In this document: one piece after another, positions 9,646 through 18,496 of the stretch | Layout of the letters: each line of letters begins with the position of its first letter | Numbering within the stretch: the first letter of the stretch is position 1 | Source of the DNA: an uncultured Pseudomonadales bacterium | Lineage (GTDB): Bacteria > Patescibacteriota > Microgenomatia > UBA1400 > PJMF01 | Reading direction: 5' to 3' | Assembly (NCBI GenBank): GCA_964447075.1 | Contig: CAYUQY010000001.1 | Location: 41,202 to 105,201 of the forward strand | Length of the DNA: 64,000 nucleotides | Translations under genes and position numbers: made by a program | Notes under the pieces: generated by a model | Databases searched by the model: none | Told to the model about the DNA's origin: nothing | What the model saw: only the letters and a program-made list of their open reading frames with translations

Positions 9646-10086
9646 TTACTCTACTTTGGCTGCTTCTGGTGAAAGGGGAGCAGTAGCTTCCGAGGCTTCA
9701 GGAGTAGCTGCTGGGGCTGCTTCTGACTTTGGGGCTGTTTCTGGGGATGGTGTTGGGGTTTTTTCTGCAACTGGAGCAGCATCTTTAGGAGCATCGCGTT
9801 TGGCGATGGCTTTCTTGGAGAGTTTGGCTTTCTTGGGTGGGAAAGGATTGCCTGATTTAAGTCTGGTGATCAAAGCTCTAACTGTATCGGTAGGCTGAGC
9901 ACCTTTCTTGATCCAGGAGTCATACTTGAGCATGTCTATCTCTAGGATTTTTGGTTGTTGAGCAGGTGCGTAGTGTCCAATAATCTCGACAGCTTGACCA
10001 TCTCTTTTGTCTCTGGCCTCATTGACCACAAAGCGATAGTGAGGCTGTTTATTCTTACCAACACGTGAGAGTTTGATTTTCAACAT
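9646..10086 (-). CDS. rpsP: 30S ribosomal protein S16 with Ala/Pro-rich C-terminal extension
   Basis: MLKIKLSRVGKNKQPHYRFVV, GAQPTDTV. Confidence 0.97.
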   Translation of the reverse strand: MLKIKLSRVGKNKQPHYRFVVNEARDKRDGQAVEIIGHYAPAQQPKILEIDMLKYDSWIKKGAQPTDTVRALITRLKSGNPFPPKKAKLSKKAIAKRDAPKDAAPVAEKTPTPSPETAPKSEAAPAATPEASEATAPLSPEAAKVE

Positions 10087-10114
10087 AGGACGAGCATTAT
10101 ATCATGAGAGAACA

Positions 10115-10783
10115 TCACTGCTCGAGGGGAAAATGGTCAAGAGCAGCTTGGGCTGCGACCGACTGAGCAATCTGTTTGCTCTTTCCCTTGCCCACTCCAG
10201 CTTTTTTGTCCCTTATCATCACTGCTACCTCAAACTCGCGATTGTGATCGGGACCAACTTGGGAGAGGACAATGTACTCAGGGGCTAGTAAGCCTAGAGC
10301 TTGAACTTCTTCTTGTAGCTGACTCTTGGGATCTTTATAAAGTTTTTTGGAGCGAATTTCTTTGAGCTTGGGTAAAATGTAGCTAGAAATGAAAGCTTGA
10401 GCTGCAGATATACCTTGATCTAAGTAGAGAGCTCCTATGATTGCCTCAACGGAGTTGGCCAGAAGTCCAGTGTTGGTTCGTCCACCCGTGGCTTCCTCCC
10501 CCTTACTCATAAAAAGTTGATCACCTATCTCCAATTGAGTTGCTACATCAGCTAGTGTCGTGGTTTTGACCAGAGAGGCTCTGAAGGCTGTCAACATACC
10601 CTCTTGCTCATCTGGAAACTCTTTGTAAAGATGATCGGTGATGATCAGCTCAAGGACAGCATCTCCCAAGAACTCCAGCCGCTCATTGGAGCTGCTTGAA
10701 TCTGATAGCTTTTCGTTGAGAGCGCTACGATGCGTGAGAGCAGTAGTTAGGAGGGATGGGTTGGTGAAAGTAGGTAGCTTCAA
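10115..10783 (-). CDS. rnc: Ribonuclease III
   Basis: ALTHRS, NERLEFLGDAVL, DPKSQLQE dsRBD; TTG start overlaps the upstream TGA. Confidence 0.97.
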   Translation of the reverse strand: MKLPTFTNPSLLTTALTHRSALNEKLSDSSSSNERLEFLGDAVLELIITDHLYKEFPDEQEGMLTAFRASLVKTTTLADVATQLEIGDQLFMSKGEEATGGRTNTGLLANSVEAIIGALYLDQGISAAQAFISSYILPKLKEIRSKKLYKDPKSQLQEEVQALGLLAPEYIVLSQVGPDHNREFEVAVMIRDKKAGVGKGKSKQIAQSVAAQAALDHFPLEQ

Positions 10784-11085
10784 AGATCTTTCTCTTCGTC
10801 GATTAGCTCGACCAACTCAGCAATAGTTAGACAGTGCTTGACTTCTTTGATAGGTAAAATCACATCCACTTGTTTTTGAATGCCTTTGATGATGGGTAAA
10901 AACTCTGTCATCATGTTGACACCCAGATCATCCTCTATCAAGGCATCAAGAGTGATGTCTTCCAGATCATTACCTGTAATATCAGAGATGACTTGTTGGA
11001 CAATCATGTGAGTTGAGAGCGATTTTTTGGCAGTGTTTGCCTGAGTAGCAGTCATATTTTTTCTTTCACTAGGCAGATTTTTCAT
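10780..11085 (-). CDS. Acyl-carrier-protein-like protein lacking the DSL serine
   Basis: ITLDALIEDDLGVNMM and LTIAELVELI match the ACP pattern (ASFVEDLGADSL...ITTV). 4-nt overlaps with nusB and rnc. Confidence 0.7.
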   Translation of the reverse strand: MKNLPSERKNMTATQANTAKKSLSTHMIVQQVISDITGNDLEDITLDALIEDDLGVNMMTEFLPIIKGIQKQVDVILPIKEVKHCLTIAELVELIDEEKDL

Positions 11086-11594
11086 GTGGAGCCTTTTTCT
11101 GTGTAGATCTTGGCTAGGACTCCATTAACAAAGCTAGATGATGTGTCTGAACCAAACTCCTTGGCTAGCTCGACCGCCTCATCTATCAAGACTTTTTTGG
11201 GAGTCTGACTACTGTTCCATTCAAACATAGTTAGGCGCAGTATTGCAAGGTCGACTTTATTGATGTCTTTGAGAGGTCGTTGCGGAGCATGAAGCTGGAG
11301 AAGGGAATCTATTTGGGGAAGCTCAGACTTGATTTTGATAATTTCGGCATCTAACTCACTGCTTGGAGCTATCTGAGTTTCATCTACAGTGACATCTAAA
11401 GGGCTCTCGGCCAAGTCTTGAGATTGAAGATCTGGTGAAGAAGTGCCAGGCTTGGTTGAAGATGACTCTGACTGGAGATCTATCGATGCGCCTGCCGATT
11501 CTGGCTGCGTTGGCTCTAGATGGTGCGGAAAACTTAAAGCAAAAAGCGCCTGCATCAGAGAAATTCGCCGGGCATGTCTAGGATCTATACCCAT
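11082..11594 (-). CDS. nusB: Transcription antitermination factor NusB with a low-complexity insert
   Basis: RHARRISLMQALF, VDLAILRL, IDEAVELAKEFG, FVNGVL. Confidence 0.93.
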   Translation of the reverse strand: MGIDPRHARRISLMQALFALSFPHHLEPTQPESAGASIDLQSESSSTKPGTSSPDLQSQDLAESPLDVTVDETQIAPSSELDAEIIKIKSELPQIDSLLQLHAPQRPLKDINKVDLAILRLTMFEWNSSQTPKKVLIDEAVELAKEFGSDTSSSFVNGVLAKIYTEKGST

Positions 11595-11596
11595 CT

Positions 11597-11920
11597 TTAA
11601 CCACCTTTGTGTTGGGTTTGAGGGACGCGTTTGATAGGAGTGACGGTTTTTGCTGATGAAGCAGTGTTTTTTACCAAGTTGGCAGGGTTTGAGACTGCGC
11701 TGGATTTGGATGTGCTCTCAGCTGCATCTTTGGTCTGGACGGCTTTTTTGGCTTGAGCTAAACCTTTGGTAGTCAGCAGAGACGAAATACGAGCATAGAG
11801 CGCTCTCTTGTGAAGAGGCGTACTGGCTTGTTTGAGATTCTTGAGTAGATGAGGAGTGTTGCCGCGGCGACGCTTGCCTTGCTCAGCTCTAGTTATTTTG
11901 TTTTTCGGTTGACCTGCCAT
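11597..11920 (-). CDS. rpmF: Divergent Cys-free 50S ribosomal protein L32 with C-terminal extension
   Basis: MAGQPKNKITRAEQGKRRR resembles the L32 N-terminus; TPLHKR; position upstream of nusB-rnc. Confidence 0.6.
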   Translation of the reverse strand: MAGQPKNKITRAEQGKRRRGNTPHLLKNLKQASTPLHKRALYARISSLLTTKGLAQAKKAVQTKDAAESTSKSSAVSNPANLVKNTASSAKTVTPIKRVPQTQHKGG

Positions 11921-11990
11921 ATATATCCTTTACCAATCCTCGTGGCCAAAATTTGTGGGACATCGGTTGGTATATCCTACCAAATTTTTT

Positions 11991-14012
11991 TTAATTCGCC
12001 AGGGGGACATCATTTTCCACAAAGTTGACAAAAAGTGGTGAAAAATAGGGAGTATGGGAGGCCTCTAGCTCTAGGGTGAGTTGCTTGGCTCTGGTGATCA
12101 GCTCCAGATTGGTCCAGCTGGCAAACTGGAGCGAGTCAAAGCCATGCTGACTTGCGCCAAAGATATCCCCTGCTCCTCTACGGCTCAGATCTAACTCTGC
12201 TAGTTTTTGACCATCTTGAATTTGAGTAAATTGATCTAGGCGGTGGCGAACATCAGTGCTGGTTGTACTGGAAAAAAGCAAACAAAAGGCTTGAGTCTTG
12301 GCTCTACCTACACGCCCTCGAAGTTGGTGTAAGCTGGCCAGTCCAAATCTCTCAGCATTCTCAATGATCATGATGTCGGCTGCTGGCAGATCGACTCCTA
12401 CTTCGACGATAGGAGTAGTGACTAGAATATCGATTTTTTGCTCATACAGCCTAGCGATAACTTCAGCTTGAGTTGAGGCTGACAGACGACTGTGTAGTTT
12501 CTCAAGTTTAAAATTTTTTGAAAATTTGGAAGAGAGAAGTTCAAAGGTATCAGTGACTGAGGCAACATGATCCAAGCCTTCACTCTCAGAAGTATCGATG
12601 AAAGGACAGACTACGATACAGAGCGGACGACGGATTGCGGTTTGACCCTGTAGAAGCTGCTCTCCGACCCAATTTAGGGCTTGGTCTTTCTTCTGCTTGG
12701 TTACAACCCAAGTTTTGACAGGCACTCTACCCTTAGGCAGCTCATCTATGAGACTAAGTGAGAGATGAGAAAAAATAGTCAACATGAGGGTGCGTGGAAT
12801 GGGCGTAGCGGTCAAGGTCAGGAGATGCGGGAACTGTTGGAGGGAGTAAGCAGCAGAACGCGAGACAACCCCAAAACGATGCTGCTCGTCATACACTATC
12901 AAAGCAGGTGCGATCGAAGTAAGCCTATTAATCAGAGAGTGAGTCCCGATGTAGAGACAAGCTCCAGCTGAAGTAGTTTTTTTTACTTTTTTAGTTTTGA
13001 GAGTGGTGAGACTAGTCACGAGGCAGACTGGAAGATCTGGGAAAAACTTGTTGAAGCTGTCTAGATGTTGTTGGGCTAGAATTTTGGTAGGAGCTATGAG
13101 GCAAGCTGAGTGTCCAGACTTTAAGACCGAGAGCATGGCTAGACCAGCTACGATGGTTTTGCCAGAGCCCACGTCCCCTACCAAAAGTCGGTTCATAGGA
13201 GTACTGCTTTGTAAGTCGCAAGCAATTTCTTTGAGAGATTTATCTTGAGCAGCCGTCAGCTCAAAGGGGAGTGGCGGCAGATACTTTAGAGTTGGGATGG
13301 AGAGTGAGTGACTACTCTTTGACCATTGATTTTTTATCTGGTGAGAGCGCTGGATAAGAGAAATTAGCTCTTCTAGGGCAATACGTTCTCTAGCCTCGAT
13401 GAGCTTAAGATCGCTGTCTGGAAAGTGAAGTTGAGAGAGGGCGTTAGCAAGTGAGGAAAGTTGGGATTTATTTTTTTGTTTAAAAGTTGATAAGACATTC
13501 TCAGGAACTTCAAGATTATCCAAGATATGTTTTAGAGTGCGCCTAAGCGAGCCAATTTTCAGTCCCTGGACGCTTGAGTAGATCGGTACTAGGCGATCAG
13601 TGTGAATCGTATCTGAGGATGATGATTCAATAGTCGGATGTATCATGCTTTTTTTCTCATTAAGCGCTCCGCTGATCAAGTACAGTTGATCTTTCTGCAG
13701 CATTTTAAGTACATAGGGGGTGTTGAACCACATGAGGGTGAGCTTGCCTGTGTCATCACTGACTACAGCTCGTTGAATTGATCTGCGACCGCGAAAAAAT
13801 TGAGAACTAGAATTGAGCTTCGCTTCCAGCGTCACTAACTCACCTGGAATGAGCTGGTCAATTTTTTTCCTGAGTGATCGATCCTCGCAGCGAAGAGGAG
13901 TGAACAGGAGGAGATCTTTAACAAGGCTGAAGCCTTTTTTTTCCAGAGATTGAGCAGAGATACTACCAATACCTTTTACATCTTTGAGGGCAGTAGTTAG
14001 GAGGTACTTCAT
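11991..14012 (-). CDS. recG: ATP-dependent DNA helicase RecG
   Basis: MNRLLVGDVGSGKT, DEQHRFGV, TATPIPRTL, LHQLRGRVGR. Confidence 0.97.
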   Translation of the reverse strand: MKYLLTTALKDVKGIGSISAQSLEKKGFSLVKDLLLFTPLRCEDRSLRKKIDQLIPGELVTLEAKLNSSSQFFRGRRSIQRAVVSDDTGKLTLMWFNTPYVLKMLQKDQLYLISGALNEKKSMIHPTIESSSSDTIHTDRLVPIYSSVQGLKIGSLRRTLKHILDNLEVPENVLSTFKQKNKSQLSSLANALSQLHFPDSDLKLIEARERIALEELISLIQRSHQIKNQWSKSSHSLSIPTLKYLPPLPFELTAAQDKSLKEIACDLQSSTPMNRLLVGDVGSGKTIVAGLAMLSVLKSGHSACLIAPTKILAQQHLDSFNKFFPDLPVCLVTSLTTLKTKKVKKTTSAGACLYIGTHSLINRLTSIAPALIVYDEQHRFGVVSRSAAYSLQQFPHLLTLTATPIPRTLMLTIFSHLSLSLIDELPKGRVPVKTWVVTKQKKDQALNWVGEQLLQGQTAIRRPLCIVVCPFIDTSESEGLDHVASVTDTFELLSSKFSKNFKLEKLHSRLSASTQAEVIARLYEQKIDILVTTPIVEVGVDLPAADIMIIENAERFGLASLHQLRGRVGRAKTQAFCLLFSSTTSTDVRHRLDQFTQIQDGQKLAELDLSRRGAGDIFGASQHGFDSLQFASWTNLELITRAKQLTLELEASHTPYFSPLFVNFVENDVPLAN

Positions 14013-14085
14013 CGGGGCGAAGTATGACAGTTGGTAAGTGACAAAGCTAGCTTGGAGCTACAGTTTTTGAGCCTCGCCAAGGCGA

Positions 14086-15426
14086 TTAATATCGATAGTG
14101 TTCTGCCTTGTAAGGGCCACTGCGGTCTATGCCTAGATAGCTAGCCTGATCACTGCTTAGGCGAGTCAAGCGAGCTCCTAGCTGAGCTAGGTGAAGGGCG
14201 GCTACTTTTTCATCGAGGTTCTTGGGAAGGCGGTGAACCCCCACCTCATGCTTCTTGGTCCAGAGCTCAATTTGAGCTAGGACTTGGTTGGAGAAGGAGT
14301 TGGACATGACAAATGAAGGATGGCCGTTGGCGCAACCAAGATTGATCAATCTACCTTCTGCCAAGATGATAATTCGATGCCCATCGGCAAAAGTATACAT
14401 GTCTACCTGAGGTTTAATCTGAGTCTTTTTGATTTTAGGGTGTTTGTTGAGTCTATCCATCTGAATTTCCACGTCAAAGTGACCGATGTTGCAGACTATA
14501 GCCATGTCTTTCATAGCTAGCATGTGCTCCAAGGTGATGATGTCTGTGCAGCCTGTAGCCGTCACGAAGATATCAGCTTCTGAGACTATGTCTTCAATTC
14601 TGACTACCTGATAGCCTTCCATGCAGGCTTGAAGAGCACAGATTGGATCCACTTCTGAGATGAAGATTCTGGCACCAAAGCCACGCATGCTTTGAGCTGA
14701 GCCTTTACCCACATCGCCATATCCGGCTACAAAGACGCGCTTGCCGGCAATCATGACACCTGTCGCACGCTTGATACCATCTACAAGTGACTCTCTACAG
14801 CCGTAAAGATTATCAAACTTGGACTTGGTGACGGAGTCGTTGACATTAATAGCTGGTAGGCGCAGTTTTTTGTGGAGGTGCTCGTGATAAAGTTTGTGGA
14901 CACCAGTGGTTGTTTCTTCAGACACTCCCTTGATGTCTGCGAGAAGCTTGGGGTGTTTTTCATGCACTAACCAAGTTAGGTCTCCCCCATCATCCAGGAG
15001 TAGATTTGGTCCGCACGAAGTGCCTTTTTCATCATAGAACTGCAAAGTCTGGGTGATGCACCACCAGTAGTCTTTCTCACTTTCGCCTTTCCAGGCGAAC
15101 ACTGGTACACCTGAGACTGCTATAGCGGCAGCGGCGTGATCTTGAGTTGAGAATATATTGCAGCTGGACCAGCGAACTTGAGCTCCCAGGGCAGTTAGAG
15201 TCTCGATCAAGACCGCAGTCTGCTGAGTCATATGAAGTGAGCCTGCAATCCGAGCTCCTTTGAGTGGTTTCTTGGTTGCGAACTCTTTACGTATGGCCAT
15301 CAGACCTGGCATCTCTTTCTCAGCCATGTTGATTTCTTTGCGGCCCCACTCTGCTAGCTTGATGTCTTTGACTTTGTAGTCGCGAAAACTTCTCAGTTTG
15401 GAGAGAGCGAGTGAAGTGAGTGACAT
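14086..15426 (-). CDS. ahcY: S-adenosylhomocysteine hydrolase
   Basis: [42 protein letters not shown]-terminal HYRY. Confidence 0.98.
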   Translation of the reverse strand: MSLTSLALSKLRSFRDYKVKDIKLAEWGRKEINMAEKEMPGLMAIRKEFATKKPLKGARIAGSLHMTQQTAVLIETLTALGAQVRWSSCNIFSTQDHAAAAIAVSGVPVFAWKGESEKDYWWCITQTLQFYDEKGTSCGPNLLLDDGGDLTWLVHEKHPKLLADIKGVSEETTTGVHKLYHEHLHKKLRLPAINVNDSVTKSKFDNLYGCRESLVDGIKRATGVMIAGKRVFVAGYGDVGKGSAQSMRGFGARIFISEVDPICALQACMEGYQVVRIEDIVSEADIFVTATGCTDIITLEHMLAMKDMAIVCNIGHFDVEIQMDRLNKHPKIKKTQIKPQVDMYTFADGHRIIILAEGRLINLGCANGHPSFVMSNSFSNQVLAQIELWTKKHEVGVHRLPKNLDEKVAALHLAQLGARLTRLSSDQASYLGIDRSGPYKAEHYRY

Positions 15427-15476
15427 TGGTTATCCTTTGGATTTTAATTTTGCTATTTTAACTCAACTCAAGATTT

Positions 15477-16469
15477 TTAGTGTTTAGTTTCTATGGCAGC
15501 TAGATCACTAGCTGGATAGTTGTCACGGTATCGTTTAAAAAATTCTTGAGCTGTAAAAGTATGATTTTGAGTACCTGTTTTTTCGATAGCATAGGTAGCG
15601 CAACTGGAGCCAAGTCTGGCACAGATCGTGGTACTGAGACCTCTGATGTAACCAAACAAAAAGCCAGCTCGGAAAGCATCTCCTGCTCCAGTGGGGTCGA
15701 TAACTTGGGTAACTTTGGCTGCTGGGACGAGTGTTGAGTGGCTCTCGTTAGAGTTGTAAACCCTACTTCCCTGATCTCCCAAGGTAATAATAAGAGTTTT
15801 AAGCTTACTACGCGTTGATTCTATATCCAAGCCAGTTTTCTGAGCAATCATTCCCATTTCGTAGTCGTTGACAATCATAACTTCTGCAGTAGAAATACCT
15901 AGCTTAAGCTGTTCTCCTGTCAAGATGTGACACTGTTGTCCGGGATCAAACAAGAGTCTTAGCTTATGTTGATGGCACTCAGCTACTTGATTCATCATGG
16001 TCTCAGGATCGTGAGCGCTAATCACTACTAGAGAGTCTTTTTGAGCAATCTTGGCAATTTTTAATTGAGATGAGTCACTCATAGCGCCAGGATAGAACCC
16101 ACCAACTTGGCAGTTTTTCTTATCAGTTAAAACACTAAAAGTGGCAGTTAGCTTCTCAGAGAAGTGAACATGCTTGGTATTTACACCAATACTTTCTAAC
16201 TGTTTCAAATACTCAGTGGCATCTAAGCCCACACTGGCATATAAAATTGATTTAGAGCCAAGTAGTGCAAGATTGTAGGCTATGTTTCCAGCAGTTCCAC
16301 CACAAGAGACTTCCATTTTGTCGACTAAGGGTGAGATAGAAAGGACATGTAGTTTGTCAGGTTGGATCAACTGAGCAAATGAGCCATCAAAGCTCATAAC
16401 GCGGTCAAAAGCTACCGACCCAGTCAAGATGATGGGGAGAATTTCTGTGTCAGATTTTGGTGATATCAT
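15477..16469 (-). CDS. PfkB family kinase, bacterial adenosine-kinase-like
   Basis: TGSVAFD, GGTAGNIAY, FDPGQQ, DPTGAGDAF; directly upstream of ahcY. Confidence 0.85.
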   Translation of the reverse strand: MISPKSDTEILPIILTGSVAFDRVMSFDGSFAQLIQPDKLHVLSISPLVDKMEVSCGGTAGNIAYNLALLGSKSILYASVGLDATEYLKQLESIGVNTKHVHFSEKLTATFSVLTDKKNCQVGGFYPGAMSDSSQLKIAKIAQKDSLVVISAHDPETMMNQVAECHQHKLRLLFDPGQQCHILTGEQLKLGISTAEVMIVNDYEMGMIAQKTGLDIESTRSKLKTLIITLGDQGSRVYNSNESHSTLVPAAKVTQVIDPTGAGDAFRAGFLFGYIRGLSTTICARLGSSCATYAIEKTGTQNHTFTAQEFFKRYRDNYPASDLAAIETKH

Positions 16470-16598
16470 GGTTATAAAACCGTGAGAAGTGTATCAAAAA
16501 AATGGAAAATGAGTATGTTCATTGGATAAGTATCTGCAGTTTATCATGCGTTGTGATCTGTGAAAATGAAATATGAGCGCTCTTGTCAAGCCTAACCG

Positions 16599-16703
16599 TT
16601 ATCTAGCTAGCAAAAACAGAGATGAGAGACTGCCGAACATCATGCTCATAATAGAGATGATGGCAAAGACTACTAGCAGGCGATGGCGTGTTTTTTGGGT
16701 CAT
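16599..16703 (-). CDS. Small single-TM peptide (34 aa), not in the ORF track
   Basis: MTQKTRHRLLVVFAIISIMSMMFGSLSSLFLLAR: basic N-terminus plus hydrophobic helix, 36 nt after the tyrS stop. Confidence 0.55.
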   Translation of the reverse strand: MTQKTRHRLLVVFAIISIMSMMFGSLSSLFLLAR

Positions 16704-16739
16704 TTTCTGAGTGTTCAGCTAGATTTATTGTAAATTAAT

Positions 16740-17933
16740 TTAAGATTTTAGCTTAAGTTTGAAGAATAGTCTCTTGCCTATTTTAAGAGTGGAGACAGTC
16801 TTAGGGTCGAGCATCTCTAGTACGTTAAGGGGTCTTTTTCCAGATGGTTGAATCTCTATTCCTGCTTGACCTATCAATCTTTTTAGCTCACTGGAGCCAG
16901 TCTTGGGAGAGCAAAGCTTGCAGAGCTCCAGGATAGTTATTGGATGGTTGGGAACCGTGACAAGAGTAGCTTCATCTGGAGATTCTTTATTTTGGACAGT
17001 TTTTTCGAAGTACTGTGCCGCTTGTTGAGCTAGTTGGGCTGAGTGATATTGAGCAGTAATTGTCAGGGCCAGCATTTTCTTGGCCGACATGGGATTTTCA
17101 CCTTTGGCTATGGAGGTAGAAATATTATTGATATCACTGTCTGAAATGTCAGTCAAAACTGTGAAGTACTCTAAGATTTGAGTATCATCAATCGACATCA
17201 ACTTGCCGTACATGTCGTTTGGGGCTTCAGTCAGAGCGATGTAGTTGTTGTATGACTTACTCATTTTGCGTCCATCGGTGCCGTTGATGATTGGAGTGGT
17301 GAGCACCCACTTCTCATGGTTGTTGTAGGAGCGCTGAAGCTGTCGACCCATCATCATGTTAAATGTTTGATCACTGCCACCTATCTCTAGATCGACGTTG
17401 AGAGCTACAGAGTCGTAGCCTTGAAGGAGTGGGTAGATAATCTCATGACCAAAAATAGGCTGGCTACTCTTGATGCGACTCTGGAACATATCCCTCTCGA
17501 TGAGTTGTTGGACTGTGGTTTGGGAGAGCAGCTTGATGATGTCTACATAACTGAGCTTATCAAGCCAGTCACCGTTATGGACGATTTTGATTTTGCTAAA
17601 GTCTAAGACTTTGGCAGCTTGTGCAGCCCAGTCTCTGAAGTTAGCTTCGATCACTTGGTCAGTTAAAACTGGTCGTGTACTGTCGCGCCCAGTTGGATCA
17701 CCAATTTTGACTGTGCCATTGCCGATTAGCAGTATCACCTCGTGACCAAGATCAGCAAACTGTTGGAGCTTGCGCAGCACGACCGAGTGACCAAGAGTGA
17801 GAAATGCGCCTGTGGGATCAATCCCGAGATAGAGGCGAATTTTGCGTTGTGCCATGAGCTCAGCGAGAGACTGGGCGCTAGGCAAGACCTCTGTCACGCC
17901 GCGAGTCAGGATGGTGGGGAGGGAGTTTGGCAT
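16740..17933 (-). CDS. tyrS: Tyrosine--tRNA ligase
   Basis: YLGIDPTG, TLGH (HIGH variant), YPLLQGYDS, GGSDQTFN, KMSKS. Confidence 0.97.
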   Translation of the reverse strand: MPNSLPTILTRGVTEVLPSAQSLAELMAQRKIRLYLGIDPTGAFLTLGHSVVLRKLQQFADLGHEVILLIGNGTVKIGDPTGRDSTRPVLTDQVIEANFRDWAAQAAKVLDFSKIKIVHNGDWLDKLSYVDIIKLLSQTTVQQLIERDMFQSRIKSSQPIFGHEIIYPLLQGYDSVALNVDLEIGGSDQTFNMMMGRQLQRSYNNHEKWVLTTPIINGTDGRKMSKSYNNYIALTEAPNDMYGKLMSIDDTQILEYFTVLTDISDSDINNISTSIAKGENPMSAKKMLALTITAQYHSAQLAQQAAQYFEKTVQNKESPDEATLVTVPNHPITILELCKLCSPKTGSSELKRLIGQAGIEIQPSGKRPLNVLEMLDPKTVSTLKIGKRLFFKLKLKS

Positions 17934-18052
17934 AGATATAAATTACTAGCAGGACAATTATAAGCGCAATTTAGCAATAGTGTAGGATGACCCTAATACT
18001 AATACTCAGTGTAATTAAGTAGTACTTAATTTTTCTTGTTTGTCACTTTTTA

Positions 18053-18247
18053 TTATCTAACAAACGCGCTTCTGCCTGACGTATTACTTTCTCCCCATTG
18101 AATATTGTCTTCATGTGATGCAACTTCTGCTGCACCAAAGATTAATTGCCATTGGATCATCAAATTATAAGCATCTATAGGAGCTAGATTGGCATAAGAA
18201 TTACTATCTAGTCCACAATCTATTGCCCAGTTCGGAATTTCACTCAT
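18053..18247 (-). CDS. Small orphan protein (64 aa from the SD-supported ATG)
   Basis: AAAGGA SD upstream of ATG AGT (MSEIPNW...), immediately after an attenuator terminator. Confidence 0.5.
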   Translation of the reverse strand: MSEIPNWAIDCGLDSNSYANLAPIDAYNLMIQWQLIFGAAEVASHEDNIQWGESNTSGRSAFVR

Positions 18248-18263
18248 ACCCATCCTTTCTCAC

Positions 18264-18293
18264 AACCAAAAACCCCCGCTTGTGGCGGGGGTT
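18264..18293 (-). terminator. Intrinsic terminator of the putative attenuator
   Basis: AACCCCCGC-CACAA-GCGGGGGTT followed by TTTGGTT. Confidence 0.85.
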
Positions 18294-18325
18294 GATTGTG
18301 TTTATTTTATTATTTTTACAACAAC

Positions 18326-18391
18326 TTAAACCCCGCCTCTTTTGTGAGAGGTAAGAAGATAGGATTTAATAAAGTGTTGTTGTGTCGACAT
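18326..18391 (-). CDS. Putative attenuator leader peptide MSTQQHFIKSYLLTSHKRGGV
   Basis: 21-codon uORF whose 3' end GGCGGGGTT is complementary to the terminator 5' arm. Confidence 0.6.
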   Translation of the reverse strand: MSTQQHFIKSYLLTSHKRGGV

Positions 18392-18404
18392 TTGAGTGGA
18401 GATT

Positions 18405-18432
18405 ATTATATTGATAAATGGTTACAAATCAA
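18405..18432 (-). promoter_or_regulatory. Sigma70 promoter of the leader peptide
   Basis: TTGATT-N16-TATAAT, 13 nt before ATG 18391. Confidence 0.65.
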
Positions 18433-18496
18433 GCATTAATTCTTAGGTCTCAATACCTAACTATGATCTGGAGGCAGTACTTGGTACAATAGGGCC

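Noticed and set aside
11945-11957. 13-mer GCCAAAATTTGTG shared with 56069-56081
   Set aside because: Only two copies, in different promoter-relative orientation and position; plausibly chance
16470-16598. SAH or SAM riboswitch ahead of the kinase-ahcY operon
   Set aside because: No recognisable riboswitch consensus or stable stems
17934-18400. T-box leader for tyrS
   Set aside because: No T-box (AAGGTGGxACC-type) sequence or stem I motifs; tyrS has its own TATAAT about 23 nt upstream
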